Assembly: GCA_050014195.1 (NCBI GenBank)
Contig: JBEKDT010000009.1
Location: 1-64,000 of the forward strand
DNA: 64,000 nucleotides
DNA from: Desulfomonilia bacterium
GTDB lineage: Bacteria; Desulfobacterota; Desulfomonilia; UBA1062
Direction: 5' to 3'
Positions 47,495 to 57,942 of this stretch are shown here, piece after piece (position 1 is the first letter of the stretch; each line of letters opens with the position of its first letter). The notes under the pieces were generated by a model. It was not told the origin of the DNA. It saw nothing but the letters and a program-made list of their open reading frames with translations, and made no database searches. The position numbers and the translations under genes were made by a program.

Positions 47495-49079
47495 GGGATT
47501 TCCCCTTTCCGACCTCTTCATCGAGGTCAAGCTGGAACCGTACCGGCCCTCGCATGCCATTTGCAAAGCGCTTCTGGATGGCATATTCCGTATCGGGCTG
47601 AGACCAGGTCGTGGCGATGGCGCCATGTCCCTTGGGAAACACGGTAACCTCGGCATCCACATAATCGAGAGGTGCACGGGCCGACTCTTTGTCCACAAGA
47701 TCATCGCTCTCCGCATAACAGATGAGGAACTTGATGCCTTTCTCACCGATCCGCTTGAAGTTGAGCTTACGGCCGAAGAGCTTTACCGGCAGGGTCCCGT
47801 CTGCGGCCACCGGAACCGTATATGAGTCAAAGCTCAACTTGGTGATAGCCACCGGTATATCCTTGCGGTCATAGATGAGCCAGTGGTTCAGCGCGGCAGC
47901 GGTCTTGGTGATCTTCACGTCCTTACCCGCGGGATCGTCGAACAGCATGAGGTCACGGTAAAGGGTATAGATGGGTGCCTCTCTGTCCATGCTCTTGAGC
48001 TTATACACCCAGCTCATTACCTTACCATCGACCACGGAGTTGCCGCTTGGCAGATCCTTAACGGCATAACCAAGATCACGAAAGCGGTTTGGCAGGTGAG
48101 CGAGATACTCGATTAAGGCCTTGCTCCTGGTGCCGTCCATGGGCGCCACACAGGTGATGAGCGCATCCACAAGGCCGTCCAGCTCGCCCGTTACAATGTC
48201 AAGGACCGCTATAAATCCGCCCTGGCAGAAGCCGTTCAGCGTAACAGGAAGCCCGTGTTTCTTCTTGATGATCTCGCAGAAATAGCGTGTGTCCAACGCG
48301 TCGTCTTCACCGGTCATGGTCTGGACCGCAGGGGTGGTCTCAATATCTTTGAGTACGCGCACATAGGTGGGAATACCCTGGTTGGCATACGCATGGACAT
48401 AGCTCTTGCCCTCACCGGGGAGAAAGCCGAGTATATTGACGCCAAGCACATACGGTGGGATGATCAGGATCGGCTTTGAGCGCTCTTTGACCTTGATTCC
48501 TTTCAGGGGGAGCACCCGGTAGAGAGTGAAGCGGTCCGTCTCGGCAATCTTCTTATAGCCGTCCCGGTCAAAATGGAATCCATATTCGGGCTCGATATCA
48601 TCGATGGCCTTGGGGTACTCATATACTACCTTTTCCAAGAGTTTGGCCTGGCGTTCCACGAAGGATTTTATATCCTCGCCTTCCCGCTCGAATATGGTAT
48701 TGAGCCAGGCATTGAATGCCCGGGAGAGCTCGTTCATGTGGAAATCGGTCATTGCCTTCATCGAACTATGAAAGCCTTTTTGTGCCACCTGTATGTTGAA
48801 CTGGAGTAGCTCGAGATAGTCGCGGATGCTCTCCTGGGGGGTGTGGCGCACAAGCTTATCCCGTTCCGTTACCGTGAAGGAGTTCAAAGCGATCCAGAAG
48901 GGGGTCATGAATTCATTGAGGTATTTGAATACGCCGTTAAAATATATTCCATTGGCCTTGAGCTTTTCCTGGGTGGCCCCGCCTATGGTGAGACTCAATC
49001 CCATGAGCCTTTCAATGCCTTTGAGAACTGCACCATAGCTCTCAAAACTTAAACCCGTTGCTTCCTTGATGTCTTCCAT
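47487..49079 (-). CDS. PHA synthase-like alpha/beta hydrolase
   Basis: PILIIPPYVLG, GFCQGG, SDDLV, KGHGAI (Cys-Asp-His triad). Confidence 0.75.
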   Translation of the reverse strand: MEDIKEATGLSFESYGAVLKGIERLMGLSLTIGGATQEKLKANGIYFNGVFKYLNEFMTPFWIALNSFTVTERDKLVRHTPQESIRDYLELLQFNIQVAQKGFHSSMKAMTDFHMNELSRAFNAWLNTIFEREGEDIKSFVERQAKLLEKVVYEYPKAIDDIEPEYGFHFDRDGYKKIAETDRFTLYRVLPLKGIKVKERSKPILIIPPYVLGVNILGFLPGEGKSYVHAYANQGIPTYVRVLKDIETTPAVQTMTGEDDALDTRYFCEIIKKKHGLPVTLNGFCQGGFIAVLDIVTGELDGLVDALITCVAPMDGTRSKALIEYLAHLPNRFRDLGYAVKDLPSGNSVVDGKVMSWVYKLKSMDREAPIYTLYRDLMLFDDPAGKDVKITKTAAALNHWLIYDRKDIPVAITKLSFDSYTVPVAADGTLPVKLFGRKLNFKRIGEKGIKFLICYAESDDLVDKESARAPLDYVDAEVTVFPKGHGAIATTWSQPDTEYAIQKRFANGMRGPVRFQLDLDEEVGKGKSHG

Positions 49080-49113
49080 TGTCCCCCCGGATCATTGTGG
49101 CCGCAATAACTCT

Positions 49114-49404
49114 TTACTGCTGTTTTGTCTTGGCCTGCGGCTTGTCCTGGATTGAGAAATAGTCATCCACGCGCTTGAAGTTCTCATCAACGGATTTCTT
49201 GAATTCGTCGCGGCCTTTCTTGTAGGAGGTAACCCATTCGCCCATCACCCTCTTGAAGTCCTGCGGCACCCAATTTGCCTGGCTGAAAAAGGTGCTGAGC
49301 ATCTTCTCGGTCTGGTCCTGGAGCATGACCATTGCGTTGTAGCTGTTATTAAAGGTGCTCTTGTGGAAATCGATCATTTGTTTGACAACAATTTTCTGGT
49401 CCAT
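49114..49404 (-). CDS. Phasin-like protein 3
   Basis: Paralog with KQM..FHK.TF.NS...LQDQ.EK...YKKGRD.FKK. Confidence 0.7.
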   Translation of the reverse strand: MDQKIVVKQMIDFHKSTFNNSYNAMVMLQDQTEKMLSTFFSQANWVPQDFKRVMGEWVTSYKKGRDEFKKSVDENFKRVDDYFSIQDKPQAKTKQQ

Positions 49405-49460
49405 GGCACTTCTCCTTTCCCTTGCTTTTTATCTTTTTAACCTGCCGAGCAGGTCTTTCA

Positions 49461-49733
49461 TCAGCTCTGTTTGAATCTATCGAAAAAATCTTCGACCTTG
49501 GCATACCCCTCGTCCATAGCCTTCTTGAAATCATCACGGCCTTTCTTGTACACACTCGTCCATTGGTCCAGCACCTTCCTGCCTTCGTCGTTCATCCCGG
49601 GGGTCTGTTCAACAAAGGTCTTCAAGAGCTTTTCCGCCTGATCCTGGAGCATGACCAGGGTGCCGAAGCTGTTGTCAAAGGTCGTCTTGTAAAACTGGAT
49701 AACCTGCTTTGCCATATCCTTTGGATAATTCAT
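49461..49733 (-). CDS. Phasin-like protein 2
   Basis: Same paralogous motif. Confidence 0.7.
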   Translation of the reverse strand: MNYPKDMAKQVIQFYKTTFDNSFGTLVMLQDQAEKLLKTFVEQTPGMNDEGRKVLDQWTSVYKKGRDDFKKAMDEGYAKVEDFFDRFKQS

Positions 49734-49766
49734 GGCTATCGTCTCCTTAATCATGATCGGTAAAGA

Positions 49767-50024
49767 TTATTTGGCGATGTATTCCTCAACCTTTTTATAT
49801 CCGTCCTCCACCACCTTCTTGAAGTCTTCACGCCCCTTCTTGTAGGTGCTTACCAGGGTGGTGAAGGCCTTCTTTCCCTCTGCGGGGAGCCATGGCGCCT
49901 GATCCACAAAGGAGTTCACCATCTTCTCCATCTGATCCTGCAGGGTAACGAGCATGTTGAAGCTGTTGTCGAATGAAGTCTTGTGTAATTCAACCATCTG
50001 TTTCACGAGTTCCTTGTTTTCCAT
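49767..50024 (-). CDS. Phasin-like protein 1
   Basis: Same paralogous motif; GGAGG RBS; divergent from phaR. Confidence 0.7.
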   Translation of the reverse strand: MENKELVKQMVELHKTSFDNSFNMLVTLQDQMEKMVNSFVDQAPWLPAEGKKAFTTLVSTYKKGREDFKKVVEDGYKKVEEYIAK

Positions 50025-50109
50025 AGTTACCTCCCTTGCGTAATTACTAAATTTTTCTGAAGAACTTCTCTTATAATAGTGGCAAAGAATTGTTTGTCAA
50101 GGGGGAATA

Positions 50110-50124
50110 TGTTGCAATGCAGCA
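50110..50124. promoter_or_regulatory. Putative PhaR operator
   Basis: TGTTGCAATGCAGCA (TGC-N3-GCA) beside the minus-strand TTGACA at 50095-50100; related TGTTGCGATGTGACA at 50241-50255. Confidence 0.5.
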
Positions 50125-50294
50125 AATTAATGCTGTATCAAATCCTGGTTAGATTCATATATGTTTAATTATATCCAATATATTATTAGATAGTTATTAC
50201 CAATTAAACGTGATCTCAATGGGATTTATCTTAAATATTTTGTTGCGATGTGACAATTTGTATGATAAATGTGGGTATACTGGATGGGGAAACC

Positions 50295-50768
50295 ATGGAT
50301 GAAACCATTGTCCTTAAAAAATATGCAAGCAGGCGGCTCTACAACCCTTTGAACAGCTCCTATGTCACGCTGACCCAGGTGGCGGACCTCATCAGGGCGG
50401 GTAAGGACATAAAAGTTCTTGATGCCAAGAACAATGAGGACGTCACGGCGTTCATCCTCACCCAGATCATCATGGAAGAGGCAAAGAACAAGAATGCCCT
50501 GTTGCCGGTGCCGCTCCTGCATCTCATCATCCGTTACGGCTCTACGGTCCTCCAGGAGTTCTTTGAGAAACACCTCCAGGATACGATCAATTCCTACCTC
50601 CAGTACAAACAGGCCGTTGACGATCAGTTCAGCAAGTGGCTGAACATGGGTGTGAACTATTCCGAGATGACACGCAATGCCATGAAGGACCTTTCACCAT
50701 TCCCGGGATTCCCCCCTAAGAAAAGCCCACGGCCTCCGGAGAAACCCGGCAAAAAGAAAAAGGGCTGA
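50295..50768 (+). CDS. phaR: PHA synthesis regulator
   Basis: LKKYASRRLYN..SSYVTL, EDVTAFILTQIIMEE. Confidence 0.9.
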   Translation: MDETIVLKKYASRRLYNPLNSSYVTLTQVADLIRAGKDIKVLDAKNNEDVTAFILTQIIMEEAKNKNALLPVPLLHLIIRYGSTVLQEFFEKHLQDTINSYLQYKQAVDDQFSKWLNMGVNYSEMTRNAMKDLSPFPGFPPKKSPRPPEKPGKKKKG

Positions 50769-50813
50769 TTCAGGCTTCATCCGCCCTCTTTCTATTATCG
50801 ACTCGCGGGTTCT

Positions 50814-51965
50814 TTAAGCAGCGCTCATCTGTGGAGAAGTTTCGGTGTTTACACTCCGCCTGGCCCCGTACGTAAGGGCGTTTGCGAGCCCGATCTTTTC
50901 AAGGGTGAATCTCAATGCCGGCGGCCAGTGATCCTTCAGGGCCTTTCGCCCCATGAACACGGAGATATGCCCCGCATCCTCCACGACCGTCTGGAAAATA
51001 TCCTCGAGCCTTGTTGCAACGTATGAGCTCATGTTGAAGAGCTGCGGCACCAAAGTGATATCATCCTTCTCTCCGGCAAGCATGGCGATGGGGCATGTGA
51101 TGGTATGCAGGTCTATATACGTACCAAGGACCTTCAGTTTTCCCTGGATAAGGTGGTTCTTCTTGAAGAGCTTGTCCACAGCCTGCAGATACCACCTGCC
51201 CGATATGTTCTGGGTATATTCGTACCAGGTCTGAAACTGCTTCGACCTCTCAAGATATTTATCATCTCTCACATTGACCCACAGGTTGATGAAGTCACTT
51301 ACAAACCGCTCGTAGGGGTTCATGATCTTCCAACCCATGAGCATCATGTCGCCGAGCATGTTTCCAAAGCCCATGGCGACAAGCCACTGGTAGAAATCAA
51401 TGGGCATGCCCTGGACGACATCCTGGAGCTTGCCTCCGCCCGCTGTGAAATCGATGGGCGCCGCCGCCAGCATGAGGGCCTTGACATCTTCAGGATAAAG
51501 GGATGCATAGATGGCGCAGAGCCATCCGCCCTGACACAGCCCCACGAGGATAACCGGCTCTCCGGCGCCATGCACGCACAACCTGAGCTGCAAAACGAGA
51601 TCGCTGATGGTCTCGTGCTGTCTGGTAGGTGTGCTCGGTTTCCATTCGATCACATACACCGGCAGCGTCGTTTCCTTCAGGCATGTCTGGACCAGGCTTT
51701 GTTCCTGCGCATAATCCGCTATGCTCGAATGATGACCGGCCTGAGGCGGCACAATAATCAACGGTGCCCCGGTGCGGTTCTCATCGAACCGCCTGAGTAT
51801 GACAGCCTTATCTTCATGAATAATTGTGTTCGGAGTGATGAATTCCGGTGTATGCCGGTAGGTTGCAGTCTCCATGAACTTAGCGATATCCACATACGAA
51901 TCGAACATTGTTACCTCCCTTTTCTTTGCAACTTTTCTCATAAGGTCGGGGATTTCGTTTTTCAA
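50814..51965 (-). CDS. phaZ: Intracellular PHA depolymerase-like hydrolase
   Basis: VPPQAGHHS, GLCQGG, AAPIDF, GEKDDIT, AGHISVF. Confidence 0.75.
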   Translation of the reverse strand: MKNEIPDLMRKVAKKREVTMFDSYVDIAKFMETATYRHTPEFITPNTIIHEDKAVILRRFDENRTGAPLIIVPPQAGHHSSIADYAQEQSLVQTCLKETTLPVYVIEWKPSTPTRQHETISDLVLQLRLCVHGAGEPVILVGLCQGGWLCAIYASLYPEDVKALMLAAAPIDFTAGGGKLQDVVQGMPIDFYQWLVAMGFGNMLGDMMLMGWKIMNPYERFVSDFINLWVNVRDDKYLERSKQFQTWYEYTQNISGRWYLQAVDKLFKKNHLIQGKLKVLGTYIDLHTITCPIAMLAGEKDDITLVPQLFNMSSYVATRLEDIFQTVVEDAGHISVFMGRKALKDHWPPALRFTLEKIGLANALTYGARRSVNTETSPQMSAA

Positions 51966-52133
51966 TGATGCTCATCAATTGTTGCTGCCCCAGTGAGGCG
52001 GACAACATATGAAGATTCTCTCTCTTATTCCTATCGGAGCAGTATGAAAACCCATAAGGTCAGGCATCTTGCACCCTTGATTTTTTCTGGTTATCCTTTA
52101 CGATAAGTATTCTAAAGATTTTTTGATAATGAG

Positions 52134-55013
52134 ATGAAAAAGATACGAATGATCCTTATCTTAGTCCTGTCTCTTCTTGTCCTCTATACGATTACCGGCT
52201 TTTTCATCCTGCCCCCCGTGCTCACCTCAGTGCTGTCCAAGAACCTTACCCAGGCACTTAAACGAAATGTGGCAATTGAAAAGATCCGGTTCAATCCTTA
52301 CACCCTTGTGGCTGTGGTCCAGGGATTATCCATCAAGGATCAGAACCGTAGCGATGCATTTGTCTCATTAAGATCGCTCACAGTGGACGTTCAGTGGGCC
52401 TCCTTATTCAAGCTGGCTCCCATCATACGGGAGCTGAAATTAGACACACCCTCCATCAAGGTCATAAGGTTTGAAGACGGCACCTATAATTTCTCCGACC
52501 TGATGAAAGGCGGCAAAAAAAAAGAGAAACCCCAGGAGTTCTCCATATCAAATATTCAGATTGTCGGCGGAGTCGTGGTGATGGATGACATGCCCGTCCA
52601 CAAGACCCACATTGCAAAGGACATCAACATCACCATCCCCTTTGTATCAAACATACCTTATTATACGAATGTCTTTGTCCAGCCGAGCTTCCAGGCAACC
52701 ATAAACGGCACTCCCTTCCAGCTCAAGGGTAAGACAAAGCCCTTCTCAGACTCTCTCGAAACAACCCTTGCCTTGAGCCTCAAGGACATAAACCTCCCGA
52801 ATTACCTCGCCTATGTCCCCATGAAGCTTGGATTTGATGTTGATTCAGGCTCCCTGGATCTCAATGTCTTATTCTCCTATAAGCAGTTCCGTACCAAGCA
52901 GCAGCCCACACTGAACATCTCGGCAGATCTGGCTTGCAAAGAACTTGATGTGAAGGACCAAGGCGGCAACCCTATCCTGCATATTCCGAAGATGACCACA
53001 AAGCTTGCCCCTTCACGACTCCTAAAGAAACAGATTCATGTTGAACAGATTGCTGCTTCCTCCCCTGAGCTTACCGTCAGCAGGGATAAAAAAGGCATGC
53101 TGAATCTGGTGCAGGTCCTGCAGAAGACAAAAGCCAAGCAGCCATCTCCATCCGGGAAGGATCAGACACCGGCAAATCCTCTCTTGCTGATTATCGATAG
53201 AATCGACCTTTCCGGCGGGAAGATATCATATGTCGATCTTTCGGGAAGCTCACCGGTTAAGATAACGGCTGAAGATCTGTCTGTTGCCGCCCGCGCCATC
53301 ACCACAGACAGGCAGGGCAGTGGCATAGTGGATATCTCATGTAGGCTCAATCAAACAGGACACCTCTCGCTCGGCACTTCATTCGTCATGAATCCTGTAT
53401 CAGCCGATATCAAGCTGGCCTTAGACGGATTCCAGCCCGCATGGGTCCAGCCCTATTTCATTGATCAGGTGCCTATCCTCATCAGGCAGGGGATGCTGTC
53501 TTCGCAAGGTCAGATAAAGATTGCCCTTGCACCAAAGACGCCCCCGCGGATCAATTTTATTGGGGATGTGCAGTTTTCAGACTTTGCATCAGTAACCAGG
53601 GCTCAGGCAGAGGATCTTGTCTCTTTTAAAAACATAATGCTTAAAGGCATCGACTTTTCCCTGAACCCCGGACATGTAATCATTCAGGAGATCGGGTTCA
53701 TATCTCCAGCCTCATCGTTCAACATAACTCAGGATGGTAGTAACAACTTCGCCGCAGTATTCGGACAAAAACCATCCAAGCCCTCTCCTCAACCAGCCAA
53801 GGGAAAAAAGACCCTTGAACGCATCGCAGTTGGAAAGATCACCTTCAAGAATGGCCGGTTCACCTTCTCTGACCACTCCATTGCACCCCGTTACTCTACA
53901 TCCTTGACCGGCATCTCGGGGAGCATCTCAGGCCTGTCGTCGGATGAATTCAAGAAGGCAGTTGTCAACCTAAGTGCAAAGCTCGACAACCAGGCCCCCA
54001 TTGCCATAACCGGGTCCATCAACCCATTGAAGCAGGACCTCTTCGTGGATCTGGCAGTCAAATTCACAAACATCGAGCTGAGCCAGGTCACACCCTATTC
54101 GGGTAAATACCTGGGATATGCCATTGATAAGGGGAAGCTTACTTTGGTATTGAAATACTCCATTGACAAGAAGCTGCTCCAGGCCCAAAACGATGTGCTC
54201 ATCGACCAGCTCACCTTCGGCAATTCAGTTGACAGCAAGGATGCCACAAAGCTCCCGGTGAGGCTTGCCGTGGTCCTTCTCAGAGACAACAGCGGAAAGA
54301 TAGACCTGCACCTGCCCATCAGTGGTCGCACCGATGACCCAAACTTCCATGTGGGCAAGATCATCATCGATACCATCGTCAATATCCTTTCGAAGGCTGC
54401 TACTTCTCCCTTCGCCTTGCTGGAAGCGCTCTACCCGGGATCAGCGGAGCTGAGTTTCATCGATTTCGAACCCGGCAGATCCTCTCTCAGCGAGGAGAGT
54501 AAGAAGAAACTCGATAAGGTTGTCCAGATACTCACCGATCGGACAGCCCTTAACCTGGAGCTCAGCGGATATGTGGATGCATCGAGCGACAAATCCGGGC
54601 TCAATACCTATTTGTTTGAACATGGACTTAAGGAACAGAAGCTCAAGGATATCTTGAGGGGGGGCCGGCAGGCATCTTCGGTGGATGATATTATTATCGA
54701 ACAAAAAGAGTACAGCACCTATCTCACAAAGGCCTACAAGGCCCTTGACTTCCAGGGCAAGCCTAAAAATTTCCTGGGACTTTTGAAAACACTTTCCGAC
54801 GATGAGATGAAGAATCTCATGCTCGAACACTTGAAGGTTACTGATGATGACCTCAAGGGGCTTGCCGAAGCAAGGGCCCAGAAAGCGCGCGACTATCTCG
54901 TGGAGACTGGGAAAATCGACCCAGCAAGGATCTTCCTTGTCAAGGCCAACGCCCTGGCACCAGTCAAGATCGATAAGGCCCTTAATTCACGGGTAAGCCT
55001 CTCCATCAAATAG
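52134..55013 (+). CDS. DUF748-repeat envelope protein with OmpA-like C-terminus
   Basis: N-terminal TM, FNPYTL, PYSGKYLGY, LPVRLAVVLLRD, LAEARAQ. Confidence 0.85.
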   Translation: MKKIRMILILVLSLLVLYTITGFFILPPVLTSVLSKNLTQALKRNVAIEKIRFNPYTLVAVVQGLSIKDQNRSDAFVSLRSLTVDVQWASLFKLAPIIRELKLDTPSIKVIRFEDGTYNFSDLMKGGKKKEKPQEFSISNIQIVGGVVVMDDMPVHKTHIAKDINITIPFVSNIPYYTNVFVQPSFQATINGTPFQLKGKTKPFSDSLETTLALSLKDINLPNYLAYVPMKLGFDVDSGSLDLNVLFSYKQFRTKQQPTLNISADLACKELDVKDQGGNPILHIPKMTTKLAPSRLLKKQIHVEQIAASSPELTVSRDKKGMLNLVQVLQKTKAKQPSPSGKDQTPANPLLLIIDRIDLSGGKISYVDLSGSSPVKITAEDLSVAARAITTDRQGSGIVDISCRLNQTGHLSLGTSFVMNPVSADIKLALDGFQPAWVQPYFIDQVPILIRQGMLSSQGQIKIALAPKTPPRINFIGDVQFSDFASVTRAQAEDLVSFKNIMLKGIDFSLNPGHVIIQEIGFISPASSFNITQDGSNNFAAVFGQKPSKPSPQPAKGKKTLERIAVGKITFKNGRFTFSDHSIAPRYSTSLTGISGSISGLSSDEFKKAVVNLSAKLDNQAPIAITGSINPLKQDLFVDLAVKFTNIELSQVTPYSGKYLGYAIDKGKLTLVLKYSIDKKLLQAQNDVLIDQLTFGNSVDSKDATKLPVRLAVVLLRDNSGKIDLHLPISGRTDDPNFHVGKIIIDTIVNILSKAATSPFALLEALYPGSAELSFIDFEPGRSSLSEESKKKLDKVVQILTDRTALNLELSGYVDASSDKSGLNTYLFEHGLKEQKLKDILRGGRQASSVDDIIIEQKEYSTYLTKAYKALDFQGKPKNFLGLLKTLSDDEMKNLMLEHLKVTDDDLKGLAEARAQKARDYLVETGKIDPARIFLVKANALAPVKIDKALNSRVSLSIK

Positions 55014-55225
55014 AAATAGAATAAGACATCACCCCTAACTCCGCTGAATATTTCGCTAGGTGAGCATGAGAATCATATTACCAGTTAGGATACCTGTATT
55101 ATTATCGAGCGAGCGCTCACTTTGTCATTGGAAATTCACTGTATTGTTGTGTATAATAAAAGGGTATGGCTTAAAGCCATACCCTTGGATTGCACCTTGT
55201 CACTACACTTAAAAGAGGAGGCAAT

Positions 55226-55996
55226 ATGGGCTACGAAACATTTATTCTTGAGAAACAAGGTTATGTCGCGACCATCACCTTGAACCGCCCGCCCACCAAT
55301 TCGGTGAGCTATGCCATGCTGGGAGAGCTGGACAAGGCGCTTGCCGAGGTGGCTTCCGACAAGGATGCACGCGTGCTCGTCTTCACCGGAGCCGGAGACC
55401 GGTGCTTCTCGGCCGGAATGGATGTGTCCGATGCCATGAACCACTCCGATGTCGGGGAGGTGGGAAGGGCCTTGTGGACCAAGGTAGACCTGTTTGAAAA
55501 GCCCACCATTGCGGCCATCAACGGCCATGCCCTGGGAGGAGGGTGCGAGCTGGCGCTGGCCTGCCACTTCCGGTATATGGCGGACAACCCCAAGGCCTTC
55601 ATGGGCTGCCCCGAGATCAACCTGGGCATCACACCGGGCTGGGGCGGGACCCAGAGGATGACCCGGCTCCTGGGCAGGACCAAGGCTTTAGAGCTCATGC
55701 TCAATGCAAAGCGCTTGAGCCCGAAGGAGGCTTTAGACATCGGCCTCGTGGAAAAACTCTTCGCCCCGGAACAGCTCATGCCCCAGGTCATGGAGATAGC
55801 CTCCACTCTCTCTGAGAGAGCGCCGCTGTCGGTGCGCGCCATCATCCAGGCATCCACCACGTTCATAACCAAGGGGATCGAAGAGGGGCTCAAAGTCGAG
55901 GCGGCCGGAAGCAAGATCTGCGCGGCGTCCAAGGACGCCATCGAAGGCTTCACCGCATTCATGCAGAAGAGAAAACCCGAATTCAAGGGTGAGTGA
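55226..55996 (+). CDS. Enoyl-CoA hydratase/isomerase
   Basis: FSAGMD, AAINGHALGGGCELALAC, PGWGGTQR. Confidence 0.93.
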   Translation: MGYETFILEKQGYVATITLNRPPTNSVSYAMLGELDKALAEVASDKDARVLVFTGAGDRCFSAGMDVSDAMNHSDVGEVGRALWTKVDLFEKPTIAAINGHALGGGCELALACHFRYMADNPKAFMGCPEINLGITPGWGGTQRMTRLLGRTKALELMLNAKRLSPKEALDIGLVEKLFAPEQLMPQVMEIASTLSERAPLSVRAIIQASTTFITKGIEEGLKVEAAGSKICAASKDAIEGFTAFMQKRKPEFKGE

Positions 55997-56014
55997 TTCT
56001 ATCAGGAGGATACT

Positions 56015-57154
56015 ATGGAAGTGAAAAAGTTAGCAGTCATCGGTGCCGGGGCTATGGGCAACGGCATTGCCCAGGTCGGGCTCATGGCAGGCTACACGGT
56101 GGCCATGCACGACGTGGAGCAGCGTTTCGTGGACAGGGGCGTGAATACCATCAAGGAGAGCCTTTCCAAGTTCGTGGGTAAAGGCAAGATCACTGCCGAG
56201 CAGAGCGACGACATGCTGAAACGGCTCTTGCCCACTACAGATCTCAAGGCTGCCGTGGCGGATGCGGACCTGGTCATCGAGGCCGTGTTCGAAGATCTGA
56301 GCCTCAAGAAGAAGATCTTTGCCGACCTGGACGCCTCTGCGCCGGCAAAGACCATCCTGGCGAGCAACACCTCGTCCATGAGCATCACCGAGATCGCCTC
56401 GGCCACTAAACGGCCCGGCAACGTCGTGGGCATGCACTTCTTCAACCCGGCCGTCATGCTCAAGCTCGTAGAGGTCATTTACGCAAAGCAATCGTCGGAT
56501 GAGTCCATAAAAACCACCTATGAAGTGGCCAAGAAGATGGGCAAGGTCCCGGTCATTGTGAAGAAGGACACGCCAGGCTTTATCTACAACCGGGTGAACG
56601 CGCCTACGGCCCTGTTTCTTCAGATCCTCCTGGACAAGGGAAGCCCAACGCCTGCCCAGTTCGATGCGGCATTCAAGGCCCTCATGCCCATGACCCCCTT
56701 TGAATTGTTTGATTATGTGGGCCTGGATATCGTGCTGCATACCCAGAAGTATTACTCCGAGACCCTTTCCAAGGACTATACGCCGAGAAAGGCCCTTGTT
56801 GACCTCGTGAATGCAGGGACCCTGGGTAAAAAGACCGGCAAGGGCCTGTATGATTGGTCTGCAGGCAGGCCGGCTATCGATACCTCGAATCCTACAACGG
56901 AGTATGATTTCACACACATGGTGGCCCTTCAGGTAAACGAGGCCACCAAATGCCTGGAAGAAGGGGTGACAAACGACCCCAAGGATATAGACCTTGCCAT
57001 AGCCAACGGCGGCGGCGGCATGGGCCCCTTCACCCTGGCCCAGAGCATCGGCTATGACAAGCTCATAGCGAGATGCAACGAACTGGCCGACAAGTTCGGC
57101 ATCGAGACCTTCCGGCCTACCAAGACCATGAAAGAAGGGAAGATAAAGGTATAG
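56015..57154 (+). CDS. 3-hydroxyacyl-CoA dehydrogenase
   Basis: GAGAMGNGIA, ASNTSS, GMHFFNP, PGFIYNR. Confidence 0.94.
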   Translation: MEVKKLAVIGAGAMGNGIAQVGLMAGYTVAMHDVEQRFVDRGVNTIKESLSKFVGKGKITAEQSDDMLKRLLPTTDLKAAVADADLVIEAVFEDLSLKKKIFADLDASAPAKTILASNTSSMSITEIASATKRPGNVVGMHFFNPAVMLKLVEVIYAKQSSDESIKTTYEVAKKMGKVPVIVKKDTPGFIYNRVNAPTALFLQILLDKGSPTPAQFDAAFKALMPMTPFELFDYVGLDIVLHTQKYYSETLSKDYTPRKALVDLVNAGTLGKKTGKGLYDWSAGRPAIDTSNPTTEYDFTHMVALQVNEATKCLEEGVTNDPKDIDLAIANGGGGMGPFTLAQSIGYDKLIARCNELADKFGIETFRPTKTMKEGKIKV

Positions 57155-57272
57155 ACATAAGCCCTCAGCTAAGAGAAAGAGGAGAGGGCGGCCGGAACGG
57201 CGGCCCTCTTGTTCTTTTCATCAATCTTTGAATCTCGTTGATTCTCAATATCAAATGAGTTAACCAAACATT

Positions 57273-57941
57273 ATGCGGATCCTGGTGATCGAAGATGAAA
57301 AGAAGGTCGCGGAATTCATCAGCAATGGTCTCAATGAAGAAGGCTATGCAGTCGATATAGCCCATGATGGCGACCAAGGGTACTTCCTTGCGACAACCAA
57401 TGAGTATGATGCAATCCTTCTCGACATCATGCTCCCCAAAATGGACGGCATCACACTATGCACAAACCTGAGAGGAGAAGAAAACCATACACCCATACTC
57501 ATGCTCACCGCAAAGGACGCAATCAAGGACAAGGTCAGGGGGCTTGATGCCGGTGCAGATGATTACCTGACGAAACCATTTGCGTTTGAAGAGCTCCTGG
57601 CGAGGATCCGGTCGCTGTTACGCAAGAAATACCTCCAACAGAAAACGAGGTTTCAGGTAGACGACCTCGTGCTTGACACAATCACTCATACGGCAACAAG
57701 GGCGGGCAGTGAGATCACCTTGAGCGTTAAAGAATATGCCCTGCTCGAATACCTCATGAGGAATGCAGGGAGTGTGGTGACCCGCACCATGATTGCCGAG
57801 CATGTTTGGGATATCAACTTCGACACATTTACCAATGTGATCGACGTCTATATCAGTTACCTCAGAAACAAGATTGATAGGGAACATAAAACGAAACTCA
57901 TTCACACGGTGCGGGGCAGAGGGTATGTCCTGAAGAACTGA
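57273..57941 (+). CDS. OmpR/CusR-family response regulator
   Basis: LLDIMLP, GADDYLTKPF, IHTVRGRGY. Confidence 0.94.
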   Translation: MRILVIEDEKKVAEFISNGLNEEGYAVDIAHDGDQGYFLATTNEYDAILLDIMLPKMDGITLCTNLRGEENHTPILMLTAKDAIKDKVRGLDAGADDYLTKPFAFEELLARIRSLLRKKYLQQKTRFQVDDLVLDTITHTATRAGSEITLSVKEYALLEYLMRNAGSVVTRTMIAEHVWDINFDTFTNVIDVYISYLRNKIDREHKTKLIHTVRGRGYVLKN

Positions 57942-57942
57942 T

